A stretch of 45,416 nt of DNA from the NCBI GenBank assembly GCA_016927185.1, contig JAFGND010000087.1:1-45416 (forward strand), given 5' to 3'. A program made the translations under genes and the position numbers. Under the pieces are notes generated by a model. The model saw only the letters and a program-made list of their open reading frames with translations, ran no database searches and was not told the DNA's origin. The stretch comes from Candidatus Coatesbacteria bacterium. Its GTDB lineage: Bacteria > JAFGND01. Below, one piece after another: positions 36,481 to 45,416 of this stretch. Numbering within the stretch: the stretch's first letter is position 1; the number at the start of each line of letters is the position of its first letter.

Positions 36481-37653
36481 ATGAACTGCAAACACTGTGG
36501 ATGTTTATTGACAGAGAATGATAAATTCTGTCCTGAATGCAAATCTCCACCTCCAAAGATCTGGCAAAAAGTAGACCTGGAAAATATAAGAAAGAAAATC
36601 AGGAAAGCTGAACCAAAATCAAATGCATTTAGGAATTTTGAAGAAACAAAAGAAAAAGAATCAAAGCTGGAATTCTTTGATTATTCAAGAGACCAGGATT
36701 TAAATATTGAGAAAGAAAACAGAAACAGATATAAGAGACTGATTATTGTTGGAGTTTTCTTCATGTTTATCCTGTTTTCAATAATTGCATACTCAATATA
36801 TACTGATGCAAAGAACAAGGAAGTCAATGAGGAATTCTCAGTGAAGGAAGAAGAAAAAGGATTAATCCAGGATGATGGAACATATGGTTTTGGAGAGGAA
36901 AAGAACGGAAAAAAGGTAGGAAAATGGAATTTCAAATCAGCAAATGGCATTCTTCTAAGAACAGAGGAATTTGATAGTAATGGTTTAAATATAAATTCAT
37001 TATTGATTTATTATCCAAATGGAAATATAAAGGAAAAAAGATATATTACAGTCGGTAAGCAGGATAGCCTTGAGGAATATAGTGAGACAGGTGTTCTTAT
37101 GAAAAAAGGATCTCTTAAAGACAATCTACCTCATGGTGAATGGCAAATGAGAGAAGCAAACATGGATAGTGCAGCTTTCAAGACAGTGTATTATCTTGAA
37201 GGCAAGGAAGTCAGTAAGCAGCAATTTGATATGCTCAGGAATGCTCAAGCCAATCCTGTATTGGTTCATGAAGGAGAAGAGAAAGAGGAAAGCAAGGGAT
37301 TTACGTATATAGGGAAGAAGAAAGATAACAAACGTGATGGAGTATGGAGAGTTGTAGATGCGAAAGGCAGTCTTAGAGAAGAAATTACTTATGAAAATGG
37401 AATTAGGGAAGGTGAAAACAAGAAGTATAGCCAGAAAACAGATGGAACTTACGAAATAAGAATTTACAAAAATGATATTTTGATAAGCGGGAAATGGTAC
37501 AACAAGGAAAACAAGATTTTGTCAGAAGGTAAATATAAAAACAATCAAAGACATGGTATATGGATTTTATATAATTATATGAAGAACTCAGACATACCAA
37601 GAGAGAAAAAAACGGAATATAATCTAGGCAAGGAAGTTAAAAGGATGCCTTAA
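36481..37653 (+). CDS. Zinc-ribbon, single-TM protein with MORN-variant (YwqK-like) repeats
   Basis: CKHC...FCPEC, TM helix, repeated G.W..Y..NG units. Confidence 0.8.
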   Translation: MNCKHCGCLLTENDKFCPECKSPPPKIWQKVDLENIRKKIRKAEPKSNAFRNFEETKEKESKLEFFDYSRDQDLNIEKENRNRYKRLIIVGVFFMFILFSIIAYSIYTDAKNKEVNEEFSVKEEEKGLIQDDGTYGFGEEKNGKKVGKWNFKSANGILLRTEEFDSNGLNINSLLIYYPNGNIKEKRYITVGKQDSLEEYSETGVLMKKGSLKDNLPHGEWQMREANMDSAAFKTVYYLEGKEVSKQQFDMLRNAQANPVLVHEGEEKEESKGFTYIGKKKDNKRDGVWRVVDAKGSLREEITYENGIREGENKKYSQKTDGTYEIRIYKNDILISGKWYNKENKILSEGKYKNNQRHGIWILYNYMKNSDIPREKKTEYNLGKEVKRMP

Positions 37654-40059
37654 ATGAATAAAACTAGATTGAATATCTGTTTTGTAATGTTTCTGGTATC
37701 TGCTATCACATTGTGTCTTGAGCTTGTTCAAATGAGAATTTTCTCATTCATGCTATGGCATCATCTCGCTTATGTAGTTATAACTGTTGCCTTGTTAGGT
37801 TTCGGGGCTGCAGGATCCTTCATGTTTTCGTATCTTGACAAGTATATTGATAGCAAGAGAATTCTGTTTTACATTACTTCTTTTTTTGCACTATCAATCC
37901 CGTTATCTTTCAGCATTTTGGCAAGAATTCCTCTTGATACATTCGGATTCAAGTCACAAAATATCTTCAATCTTTTGCTGTATTATATTCTTTTGTTTAT
38001 ACCTTATTTTTTTGCAGGACTTACAATAGCATTTATAATAAGAAAATATCTTGAGCATATAAGCATTTTATATTTTGTCAATATGTGTGGTTCAGGAATT
38101 GGTTGCTTGTTAATGCTTTTGCTGTTGGGACCATTGACAGCCAGTCAATTATTATTCTTGCTGGCTTTTCTATCATCAATATCAGCATTATTCCTGTCAG
38201 ATAAATCAGATAAAAAGATACTTTGCTATTCAGTTGTTTTATCTTCTCTTCTACTTATATTGATACCTTTTGCAGACAATTTGATACCTATAAAACCAGC
38301 GAAATCGAAGCTTCTTTCAGTTTCGCTGAAAGCTAAAGGTGCAGTAATAGATTATTCAAGATGGCATCCTCTATACAGGATAGATGTTGTGAAATCTGAA
38401 GAAGGGACACATCCTGCAAGATTTGATACAGGTACAGTTATGAGAAATATCTCTCTTGATGGTGATGCCAATACATGGATGTATGAAAAAACCAATCTGG
38501 ATTCTCTCAGAGGGATTTATGGAATGAAAACCTTGTTTGGTTTGTACCAGGCACCGTTTGTGATAAAGAACAATCCCAAAGTACTTATCATAGGAAGTGG
38601 TGGAGGGAATGAAGTAAGGGTTGCTCAATACTATATGTCCAAGGATATTGTGGGAGTTGAACTTCATCCAGTAATTGTAGATCTTGTTAAAAAAAGGTAC
38701 GCTGAATTCACTGGTGATATTTATAACAAACCTAATACAAGGATTTTCGTGGGAGAAGGCAGAAGTTTCATAAGAAGAATTAATGAGAAGTTTGATATAA
38801 TACAAATGACTGGTGTTGACACCTGGTCAGGTTTAAGCTCAGGTGCCTATGTTCTGTCAGAAAATTATCTTTATACTGTTGATGCAATAAAGGATTATAT
38901 GAATCATCTTTCTGATGATGGAATACTTTCCATAGGAAGATTCTTGATGACACCACCAAGGGAGACATTGAGACTTGCATCTATCAGTGTTAAAGCCATG
39001 GAAGATATTGGTATAAAAGATCCATCAAAACACATAATTATAATAGCATTTCTTGTAGGCAAATCTGAAATGCATATGGGCAACATCCTTATTAAAAAAA
39101 CTCCATTCACTGATGAAGAGATAAAAGTTTTTGAATGGGCTTCAGTTACAAAACCTTTTATTAAGCTGATTTATGCTCCCAATATGCCAGAAGAAAAAGA
39201 CAATCCGTTTACTGTTTTTCTTAATCTGACAACTGAAAAGGAAAGAGAAGATTATTACAAATCATACATTTATAATATCAGACCTGTTTATGATGACAAG
39301 CCATTTTTCTTTGAGTATTATAAATGGGACAGGTTCTTTAAAGACTTTGCCAGTCCAGGAAAAGGGGGACAACCTGGAGCTAACAAACCTTATGGTCTCT
39401 TTATCCTGGGCTCTCTTCTGCTGCAAACGATGATTTTCTCTATATTATTGATTTTACTACCATTGAAAAAATTCAACAAGTCTATTCAATATTTATCTAA
39501 TAGATATAGTATAATGATTTACTTTCTCTGTTTAGGATTTGCCTATATGCTTATAGAAATAAGTTTTATGCAGAAATTCATCTTATTTCTGGGATATCCA
39601 ACCTACTCTATATCAATAGTCTTGATAAGCCTTCTAATATCATCAGGTCTGGGGAGTTTGTTATCAGGTTACCTGAAAATGGAAACTCTCAGGATTGCTA
39701 AATATGCCTTGATAATAGTAATAGGATTAAACATAATCTATTTATTATCAATGCCTTGCATATTCAAGCTATTTCTAGGGTATGGATTAAAGGTAAAGGG
39801 AATCATAGCATTATTAATGGTATTTTCAGTTGGTTTTTTCATGGGAATACCATTCCCCATGGGATTGAAGAAACTTGAAGGAAAATACAACTCATTCTCT
39901 TCCTGGGTTTGGGGAATTAATGCATCAGCATCAGTTGTTGCATCAGTATTAGCTATTTTGATGGCAATGGCTTTTGGATTCAAGTTTGTTGGACTTATAT
40001 CTTCAGGACTTTATTTTATTGCCTTATGGATGCTTCCGGCTTTTCAAGAAAAAAGTTAA
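37654..40059 (+). CDS. Multi-pass membrane protein with central spermidine synthase-like SAM-binding domain
   Basis: N- and C-terminal TM bundles; VLIIGSGGG, GVE, GEGRSFI, FDII, ENYLYT, DDKPFFF. Confidence 0.85.
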   Translation: MNKTRLNICFVMFLVSAITLCLELVQMRIFSFMLWHHLAYVVITVALLGFGAAGSFMFSYLDKYIDSKRILFYITSFFALSIPLSFSILARIPLDTFGFKSQNIFNLLLYYILLFIPYFFAGLTIAFIIRKYLEHISILYFVNMCGSGIGCLLMLLLLGPLTASQLLFLLAFLSSISALFLSDKSDKKILCYSVVLSSLLLILIPFADNLIPIKPAKSKLLSVSLKAKGAVIDYSRWHPLYRIDVVKSEEGTHPARFDTGTVMRNISLDGDANTWMYEKTNLDSLRGIYGMKTLFGLYQAPFVIKNNPKVLIIGSGGGNEVRVAQYYMSKDIVGVELHPVIVDLVKKRYAEFTGDIYNKPNTRIFVGEGRSFIRRINEKFDIIQMTGVDTWSGLSSGAYVLSENYLYTVDAIKDYMNHLSDDGILSIGRFLMTPPRETLRLASISVKAMEDIGIKDPSKHIIIIAFLVGKSEMHMGNILIKKTPFTDEEIKVFEWASVTKPFIKLIYAPNMPEEKDNPFTVFLNLTTEKEREDYYKSYIYNIRPVYDDKPFFFEYYKWDRFFKDFASPGKGGQPGANKPYGLFILGSLLLQTMIFSILLILLPLKKFNKSIQYLSNRYSIMIYFLCLGFAYMLIEISFMQKFILFLGYPTYSISIVLISLLISSGLGSLLSGYLKMETLRIAKYALIIVIGLNIIYLLSMPCIFKLFLGYGLKVKGIIALLMVFSVGFFMGIPFPMGLKKLEGKYNSFSSWVWGINASASVVASVLAILMAMAFGFKFVGLISSGLYFIALWMLPAFQEKS

Positions 40060-41165
40060 TATTCAGATTTATAATCCTGATACTTTCTGTTATTGCGGGT
40101 TACAATCTCTCTGAATTTGTACTCAAGCAGATGGCTTACAGAAAGCTCAAAGAAGCATGCTCTATACAGCAGTTTTTCGAGGCAGATAAGATACTTGGCT
40201 GGAAAGGCAGGAATAATGCAAAAGGCTGGTTCAAGGAAAAGGAAGTATCTAGAATAAGTTTTGTTTCACTAAATAGTAGAGGTTTCAGGGGAGAAGATTT
40301 CCATTATCATAGAAGAAAAAAACATAGATTGGTTATTCTGGGAGATTCTTTCACCTGGGGTTATGGTGTAAACCAGGATGAGATGATGTCCAGATATCTC
40401 AAAGAATTGCTGGGGAAAGATTGGGAAATAATTAATCTATCAGTATTTGGCTACTCAACTGATCAGGAACTTATTCTTCTTGAACGCGAGGGAATAAAAT
40501 ATAAACCAGATTTGGTATTATTGTTCTTTTTTACTGGTAATGATTTCGGTGACAATTCAAAGGATAAAGTCTATAATAGATACAAACCTTTTTTTGAACT
40601 TGAAAAAGACAAAAAATTGTTGCAGAAAAGCAAGTTTTCAAGACTTTCCTGGAAAAGAAGAATTAGTACGAGTCTTAAAGAAAGCAGTTATACATACTTG
40701 CTTTTACGTAAACTGCTTGGAAGAGATGATACAAAGAATTTATCTGAAATAACTTCCCTGAATTTCACTGATGATTTTACAGATTACAATATTAGTCTTT
40801 CTTTTCAGATTATAAAAAGAATGAATGAATTCCTGGCAAAAAAGAAAACAAGATTTCTTGTGATTATAGTTCCTACCCAGGAACAAGTATATTCATGGTC
40901 TGCTCCTTTCTTTCCAAAGCAATATGGACGATTCAATATGAACAAGCTGTTTCATGGAAACAATGAGCTTAAGAGAATGCTGAAAGAGGAAAAAATTAAC
41001 TGCATTGATCTGACTGAACCACTTCAAACTTTATCTATAGATTATGCAAAAGAGAAGAAAAAAAGATTTGTTTATAATATAGGTGATCTTCACTGGTCTG
41101 TTCTTGGGAACAAAGAAGTTGCCAATCTGCTTGAAGTGGAAATAAAGAGATTAATCAATAACTAA
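40026..41165 (+). CDS. Membrane-anchored SGNH/GDSL hydrolase family protein
   Basis: NSRGFRG, LGDSFTWG, GYSTDQE, GND, DLHWS. Confidence 0.88.
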   Translation: MDASGFSRKKLIFRFIILILSVIAGYNLSEFVLKQMAYRKLKEACSIQQFFEADKILGWKGRNNAKGWFKEKEVSRISFVSLNSRGFRGEDFHYHRRKKHRLVILGDSFTWGYGVNQDEMMSRYLKELLGKDWEIINLSVFGYSTDQELILLEREGIKYKPDLVLLFFFTGNDFGDNSKDKVYNRYKPFFELEKDKKLLQKSKFSRLSWKRRISTSLKESSYTYLLLRKLLGRDDTKNLSEITSLNFTDDFTDYNISLSFQIIKRMNEFLAKKKTRFLVIIVPTQEQVYSWSAPFFPKQYGRFNMNKLFHGNNELKRMLKEEKINCIDLTEPLQTLSIDYAKEKKKRFVYNIGDLHWSVLGNKEVANLLEVEIKRLINN

Positions 41166-42608
41166 GACTTTGTTTGCTTTGAAATCTGAATTTCTCACTT
41201 CAATAAAATAAATCCCTTTCTCGATATTTTTAAGAGAAAGTCTCAATACAGCAGCAGGTTGATCCACAGAGCATTGTTTGTTCAATATTCTTATTCCAAT
41301 CAGATTATAAATGCTTATAGATACATCTGTTTTTCTGTAACTATTTAAAGCTATATTTACGTAGCTTCTTGCAGGTTGAGGGAATATGCAAAAGCTATTC
41401 TTTGCTGGAACAGCTCTGTTAAACTTAGCGAATCCAGTTCCCCTTCCAGAGAAAGTTGAGTCGCTTATATCATATAGCCCTGGGTTTCTCTGGGATGCAA
41501 CTTTGGCAAGCATTTCAGGTAAAGCAGGGATCGTGAAATAGCAATAACCTGTATCAACAGGAACTGTTGCTAGCTGAATCCACGATACACCAAAATCGGT
41601 TGATAAATAAAGGTTTGCGTAATCAGTAGAAGAATCATATTCCTTGATCTTGAAAATGAATTTCACTTTTTCACTGGAATTATACTTTTCTCCGCCATTT
41701 GGAACTAGCTGTTGTGCATATTCCGCACTATCATCGTAGGTGAGAGTTGAGGTTTCAATACCGAACTTGCTGTCTGCATAATAAGCAATCCTGAAGAAAC
41801 CGTTTTCTCCCCAGTTTTCTCCCCAGCTATTCTTGCAAATCCAGCAGCTGTCAGTATCTGACCAGCCGACGGTTGCTATATCATGCAAACCTGCTTCAGT
41901 GCTGCTTGTTCTTTTGTAGACTCCAGAATCATAGTAAAAGAAATCATAGTAAACCATGAAACTTACATATATTGGACCGGTTTGTATATTCTCTTTCATC
42001 CATTCAATACCTGGGTAATTAACATAAGCCCATGTGGTTGCCTTAACCAGCTCCCTGAACCACAATTCGCATCTTTCATCACAAGATGAGTTCCTTCCAC
42101 TGTATGGATAACATTCCTCTGTAACAGTACCATGTTTTGCAAGAAATCTGACAACTGCAAGCGGGGAACCTCCCCCGCAATCATTTGGCCAGCCTTCTTC
42201 AGGGAGAAGACAGGTTGATACAAGATATTGTTCAGAAAGATCAAGATCAAAAGATGGATTTTCAGTATCAATAAGTATTGCGGATTCAAGTATTGCACAG
42301 GCAGCATGAGCCCAACATGATCCGCAACCTCCTTGATCCTTGACTGAAGTAACATAGTTCTTGCCATTATGATTTCTCCAGTCCCAGTTTGCAGGGGCAG
42401 GTGATCCCGCAAGGCCGGTATGTTTCATGGAAACTGGATATTTTGCTTTCTTGACAATATTTTTCTGCATAGAGGCAGGTAATCTTGTAATCCAGTTCTC
42501 TGATGCTGTCCATTCGTATTTTTTTCTCTTTATGGCATCTCTTACCTCAGGCAAGGATGTAGAATAAAGAATTGAGGACAGCAGCAAGATTACAGATAAG
42601 ATTCTCAT
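41151..42608 (-). CDS. Secreted papain-like (C1A) cysteine peptidase with T9SS-like C-terminal domain
   Basis: DWRN, QGGCGSCW, LSEQ, catalytic His in GLHDIATVGW, KNSWG..WGENGF, PNGGE domain, FPQPA...GIYFI. Confidence 0.93.
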   Translation of the reverse strand: MRILSVILLLSSILYSTSLPEVRDAIKRKKYEWTASENWITRLPASMQKNIVKKAKYPVSMKHTGLAGSPAPANWDWRNHNGKNYVTSVKDQGGCGSCWAHAACAILESAILIDTENPSFDLDLSEQYLVSTCLLPEEGWPNDCGGGSPLAVVRFLAKHGTVTEECYPYSGRNSSCDERCELWFRELVKATTWAYVNYPGIEWMKENIQTGPIYVSFMVYYDFFYYDSGVYKRTSSTEAGLHDIATVGWSDTDSCWICKNSWGENWGENGFFRIAYYADSKFGIETSTLTYDDSAEYAQQLVPNGGEKYNSSEKVKFIFKIKEYDSSTDYANLYLSTDFGVSWIQLATVPVDTGYCYFTIPALPEMLAKVASQRNPGLYDISDSTFSGRGTGFAKFNRAVPAKNSFCIFPQPARSYVNIALNSYRKTDVSISIYNLIGIRILNKQCSVDQPAAVLRLSLKNIEKGIYFIEVRNSDFKANKVLVID

Positions 42609-42609
42609 A

Positions 42610-42879
42610 TTATTTCTCCCTTGTTACAATTGAGCTTCTGGGGCATGTTTAAATGCATGCACTACAACCGATGCAGATTTTATAGTCAATCATTATCTTG
42701 CCATCAATATTCTTGCTGATTGCCTTGACAGGACATTTCTGAATGCATAATTCACATGTAATGCATCTTCCTGCAATTATTTCTGAAAAAGGTCTCTGTT
42801 TTCTTGAGGAAGCATAGTCAGGAGTTGATAGCAATATCAGCAAAATGGAAATAAAAAAAGCAATAATTAATTTATTCAT
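42610..42879 (-). pseudogene. Exported 2x4Fe-4S ferredoxin-like gene interrupted by an in-frame TAA at 42649-42651
   Basis: Signal peptide; CITCELCIQKCP intact; second motif reads CIGCSACI*TCPRSSIVTREK*. Confidence 0.75.
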
Positions 42880-43130
42880 TCTATACTCTCTACTCCGAAA
42901 ATATCATTTGTATTCATGTTCTGAGAAATTCCAATTAATGTATAGTCTCTTAACAGGAAATCGAATTTCCTGGTCTTGAAGTTCATTGATAATTCTACAT
43001 TAATTAAGTTTGTTTGCTCAGAATAAAATGCTCCTCCATCATTCTGTTCGAAAAGAATATTGTCAGATACATCTAATTCCCATGCATAAATCTGTGAAAA
43101 AAGGATAATTATCAGACTAAAATATCGCAT
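42876..43130 (-). CDS. Short exported hypothetical protein, possibly a truncated beta-rich protein
   Basis: Likely start MRYFSLIIILFSQIYA at 43130; overlaps both neighbours. Confidence 0.55.
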   Translation of the reverse strand: MRYFSLIIILFSQIYAWELDVSDNILFEQNDGGAFYSEQTNLINVELSMNFKTRKFDFLLRDYTLIGISQNMNTNDIFGVESIE

Positions 43131-43302
43131 CTTCAGGGCATTCCTCAATACATTTTCCATCCTTGATGCAGCGTTTTGGATCAATTACTGCCTTGTTATC
43201 AACAAAAAAGGAATTGTTGGCAAACGGATTACCTTCCTTGCAAACCACGAAAAGCAGGAATATCAGTAATGCAATCAGAATGCTTATTGCCTTTTTCTTC
43301 AT
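43117..43302 (-). CDS. Small lipoprotein-like protein with a single ferredoxin-type motif
   Basis: Start MKKKAI at 43302; hydrophobic signal ending VVC; VIDPKRCIKDGKCIEECPEDAIF. Confidence 0.7.
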   Translation of the reverse strand: MKKKAISILIALLIFLLFVVCKEGNPFANNSFFVDNKAVIDPKRCIKDGKCIEECPEDAIF

Positions 43303-43536
43303 GCAAAATAAGGGAGGGATTTCCTGAATTATTGTCAAGCAAGAATGAAATACATTTGATTGATTCAGTGTTTATTTCTGATACTTGAGTTGTGAAAAAA
43401 AATCTCCTTGATTTTTATAGGTGAAGTGACATTATTAATGCAAAAGAAGACTAATACTTTTACCCTTTCTCTTGACATTTTTCAATGCTGAGAACTCATT
43501 TGCAATGTTAATTAAATGATTCGATAGGAGGTAATC

Positions 43537-45108
43537 ATGACACTTAAGTCAAGCCAGGAATATCTTGAATCCATCAAGAAGAGAAAACCAATGGAAATAT
43601 GGTTCAGGGGAGAAAAGATAGATGATCCAACAACTTATGGTCCTCTTTCATCATCGCTAAATGCCATGATGAAAGTATACGAGCTTGCACAGGATAGTGA
43701 TATTGGACCGCTTATGACTGTCGAATCAACTCTAGTGAATGGATTAGTAAATTTTTATGTCGCTCCCTTGATGTCAAGGGAAGATGCAGTAAAGAAGACA
43801 AAAATGGCAAGGATTCTTGCAGAAGTACTTGGTTGCTGCAGTCATAGGTGCACTGGAAGTGAAGCGATATCAGGTCTTTATCCACTTACATATGACATGG
43901 ATGAGATAAAAGGGACAGATTATCACGAGCGGCTCAAGAAATGGATTAAATATGTACAAGACAACGATTTGGCTTGCACTGCTACTCTGACCGATCCCAA
44001 GGGTGACAGAAAACTGACTGCAAACAAGCAGAAGCATCCTGATTTCTACTTGAGAATAAAAGAAAAACGTGATGATGGAATAGTAATCAGTGGAGCAAAG
44101 GTAAACCAGACAGGAATTATTTTCGCTCATGAAGTTGTTATTGTTCCTACAAACGCTTTTTCTGAGGACGAAAAGGAATATGCTGTCGCTTGTGCTATCC
44201 CTGCTGATACACCAGGAATGACTTATGTTCTTGGAAGAACTCCTCAGGATTTGCGTCTTGCTGGAGATGAGATAGAGAAAATAGATGCTGGCAAGGAATT
44301 TGCAGACCATCAGGCTACTGTCATTTTTGAAGATGTGTTTGTTCCCAACGAAAGAATTTTCATGTGTGAAGACTATGAATTTACCCCGCTATTGCTTGAA
44401 TACTTCACTGCTGTTCACAGGATAACCGCTGGAGGCTGCAAGTGTGGAGGGCTTTGCATGCTTACTGGTGCAGCTGATCTTGCTATAGAATATATTGGAG
44501 CTGAAAAAGCTGGTCATGTAAAGAATAAGCTGGCAGAAATGGTAATCAAGTTAGAGACGTTGTATGCACTTTCACTTGCTGCAGGATTTGAAGGTTTTGA
44601 GCATCCATCAGGAGCATGGATTCCCAATTCTCTTCTTGCACATTGCACAAAGTTTCAAGCAACATGTCTTCCATTTGAGGATATCGCAATAGCAAGAGAG
44701 TTTTTGACAGGCTGGGGAGAAACTGCTCCAGCTGCCAAGGACTTGTTTCATCCAGTAATAGGTCCTAAACTTGAGAAGTATTTTACTCCAGTAGCCAAGG
44801 AAGGAGCAACTGCTGAAGACAGACTTCGCGTGGTTCGCCTGATTGAGCATCTTTGCAGAGGTTCAAACTGGACTGCAATGGCTATACATGGTGGTGGGAA
44901 TATGGAAGCTGCCCGGCTTATGGCTTACAGACATACTGACTGGAACAAGTTGAAGGATATAGCAGCAACTGCATGCGGTGTAAGCAAGGACAAGAAAAAG
45001 ACATACAGGAAGATAGCAGAACGCAAGGGACAGATTGATTTTGGGGAAAAAGGTTTCAAGGCTTATCTGGACAAATTGAAAAAGGGGAAAGAAGAGAAAC
45101 AGGTTTAA
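43537..45108 (+). CDS. 4-hydroxybutyryl-CoA dehydratase (AbfD)/HpaB family protein, divergent
   Basis: EYLESI, CSHRC, TDPKGDR, GIVISGAK..QTG, VIFEDVFVPNERIFM, HR...GGCK, HGGG; AGGAGG RBS and upstream TTGACA at 43472. Confidence 0.88.
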   Translation: MTLKSSQEYLESIKKRKPMEIWFRGEKIDDPTTYGPLSSSLNAMMKVYELAQDSDIGPLMTVESTLVNGLVNFYVAPLMSREDAVKKTKMARILAEVLGCCSHRCTGSEAISGLYPLTYDMDEIKGTDYHERLKKWIKYVQDNDLACTATLTDPKGDRKLTANKQKHPDFYLRIKEKRDDGIVISGAKVNQTGIIFAHEVVIVPTNAFSEDEKEYAVACAIPADTPGMTYVLGRTPQDLRLAGDEIEKIDAGKEFADHQATVIFEDVFVPNERIFMCEDYEFTPLLLEYFTAVHRITAGGCKCGGLCMLTGAADLAIEYIGAEKAGHVKNKLAEMVIKLETLYALSLAAGFEGFEHPSGAWIPNSLLAHCTKFQATCLPFEDIAIAREFLTGWGETAPAAKDLFHPVIGPKLEKYFTPVAKEGATAEDRLRVVRLIEHLCRGSNWTAMAIHGGGNMEAARLMAYRHTDWNKLKDIAATACGVSKDKKKTYRKIAERKGQIDFGEKGFKAYLDKLKKGKEEKQV

Positions 45109-45227
45109 TCTAGTTGCTTTTTCAATGGATATATGATATAGTCTATTTATTTATGGACTATATCATAATCAGAAAGATATAGTTTAATTAATATTGTTGA
45201 ATTTCACATGAGTTGCTCTAAGTATTA

Positions 45228-45416
45228 TCATTTCACCTTTACAACCTTTATTACTTTCTCCCCATACTTTACTATATAAATACCCTCTCTCCAGCTGTTT
45301 GTATCTACCTTATTAATTCCCTTGCCAAAAGAATATACCTTTCTCCCTGTTATATCATAAACAGCTCCTGATGATGGTGATTCTATATTCAATCTATCCT
45401 TGAATGGATTGGGATA
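45228..45416 (-). CDS. C-terminal T9SS-like sorting domain of a secreted protein starting outside the window
   Basis: YPNPFKDRLNIESPSSGAVYDITGRKVYSFGKGINKVDTNSWREGIYIVKYGEKVIKVVKVK*, homologous to the C-terminus of 1746-3062. Confidence 0.88.
   Translation of the reverse strand, partial: YPNPFKDRLNIESPSSGAVYDITGRKVYSFGKGINKVDTNSWREGIYIVKYGEKVIKVVKVK

Noticed and set aside
42649-42651. Selenocysteine, pyrrolysine or alternative genetic code at the internal stop
   Set aside because: The codon is TAA at a non-Cys position, and TAA, TAG and TGA all end intact genes in this window
12329-44850. Remaining antisense or nested ORFs in the track (for example 12329-12628, 17973-18359, 32524-32910, 34843-35283, 43870-44310)
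   Set aside because: Overlap well-supported genes and show no motifs of their own

Overview
AT-rich bacterial chromosomal window, probably from an anaerobic diderm of the wider FCB/candidate-phylum type (inference from T9SS-like C-terminal sorting domains, a PorV-like barrel, gmhA, a four-subunit 2-oxoacid:ferredoxin oxidoreductase, and GlmL-like and 4-hydroxybutyryl-CoA dehydratase-like genes). It mixes housekeeping genes (purF, gmhA, rpmA, accD) with envelope, secreted and redox accessory genes. I saw no rRNA, tRNA, CRISPR array, transposase or integrase. The best candidate for an undescribed system is a pair of tandem paralogous 54 and 56 aa three-Cys peptide genes (31181-31626) missed by the ORF track; they carry a RiPP-type YxKP leader and have no adjacent maturase, though two radical SAM enzymes lie over 20 kb away. 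Other notable items: a secreted 17-Cys metallothionein-like protein with an ECF sigma/zinc anti-sigma/periplasmic sensor module and a twice-repeated promoter-like motif; exported ferredoxin-like genes, one broken by an in-frame TAA; a divergent AbfD homologue with apparently substituted catalytic residues; a degenerate cyclase-STAND-TPR protein; and a nucleotide-identical sorting-domain segment shared by two diverged beta-propeller genes. All family assignments come from motif recognition by eye, not database searches.
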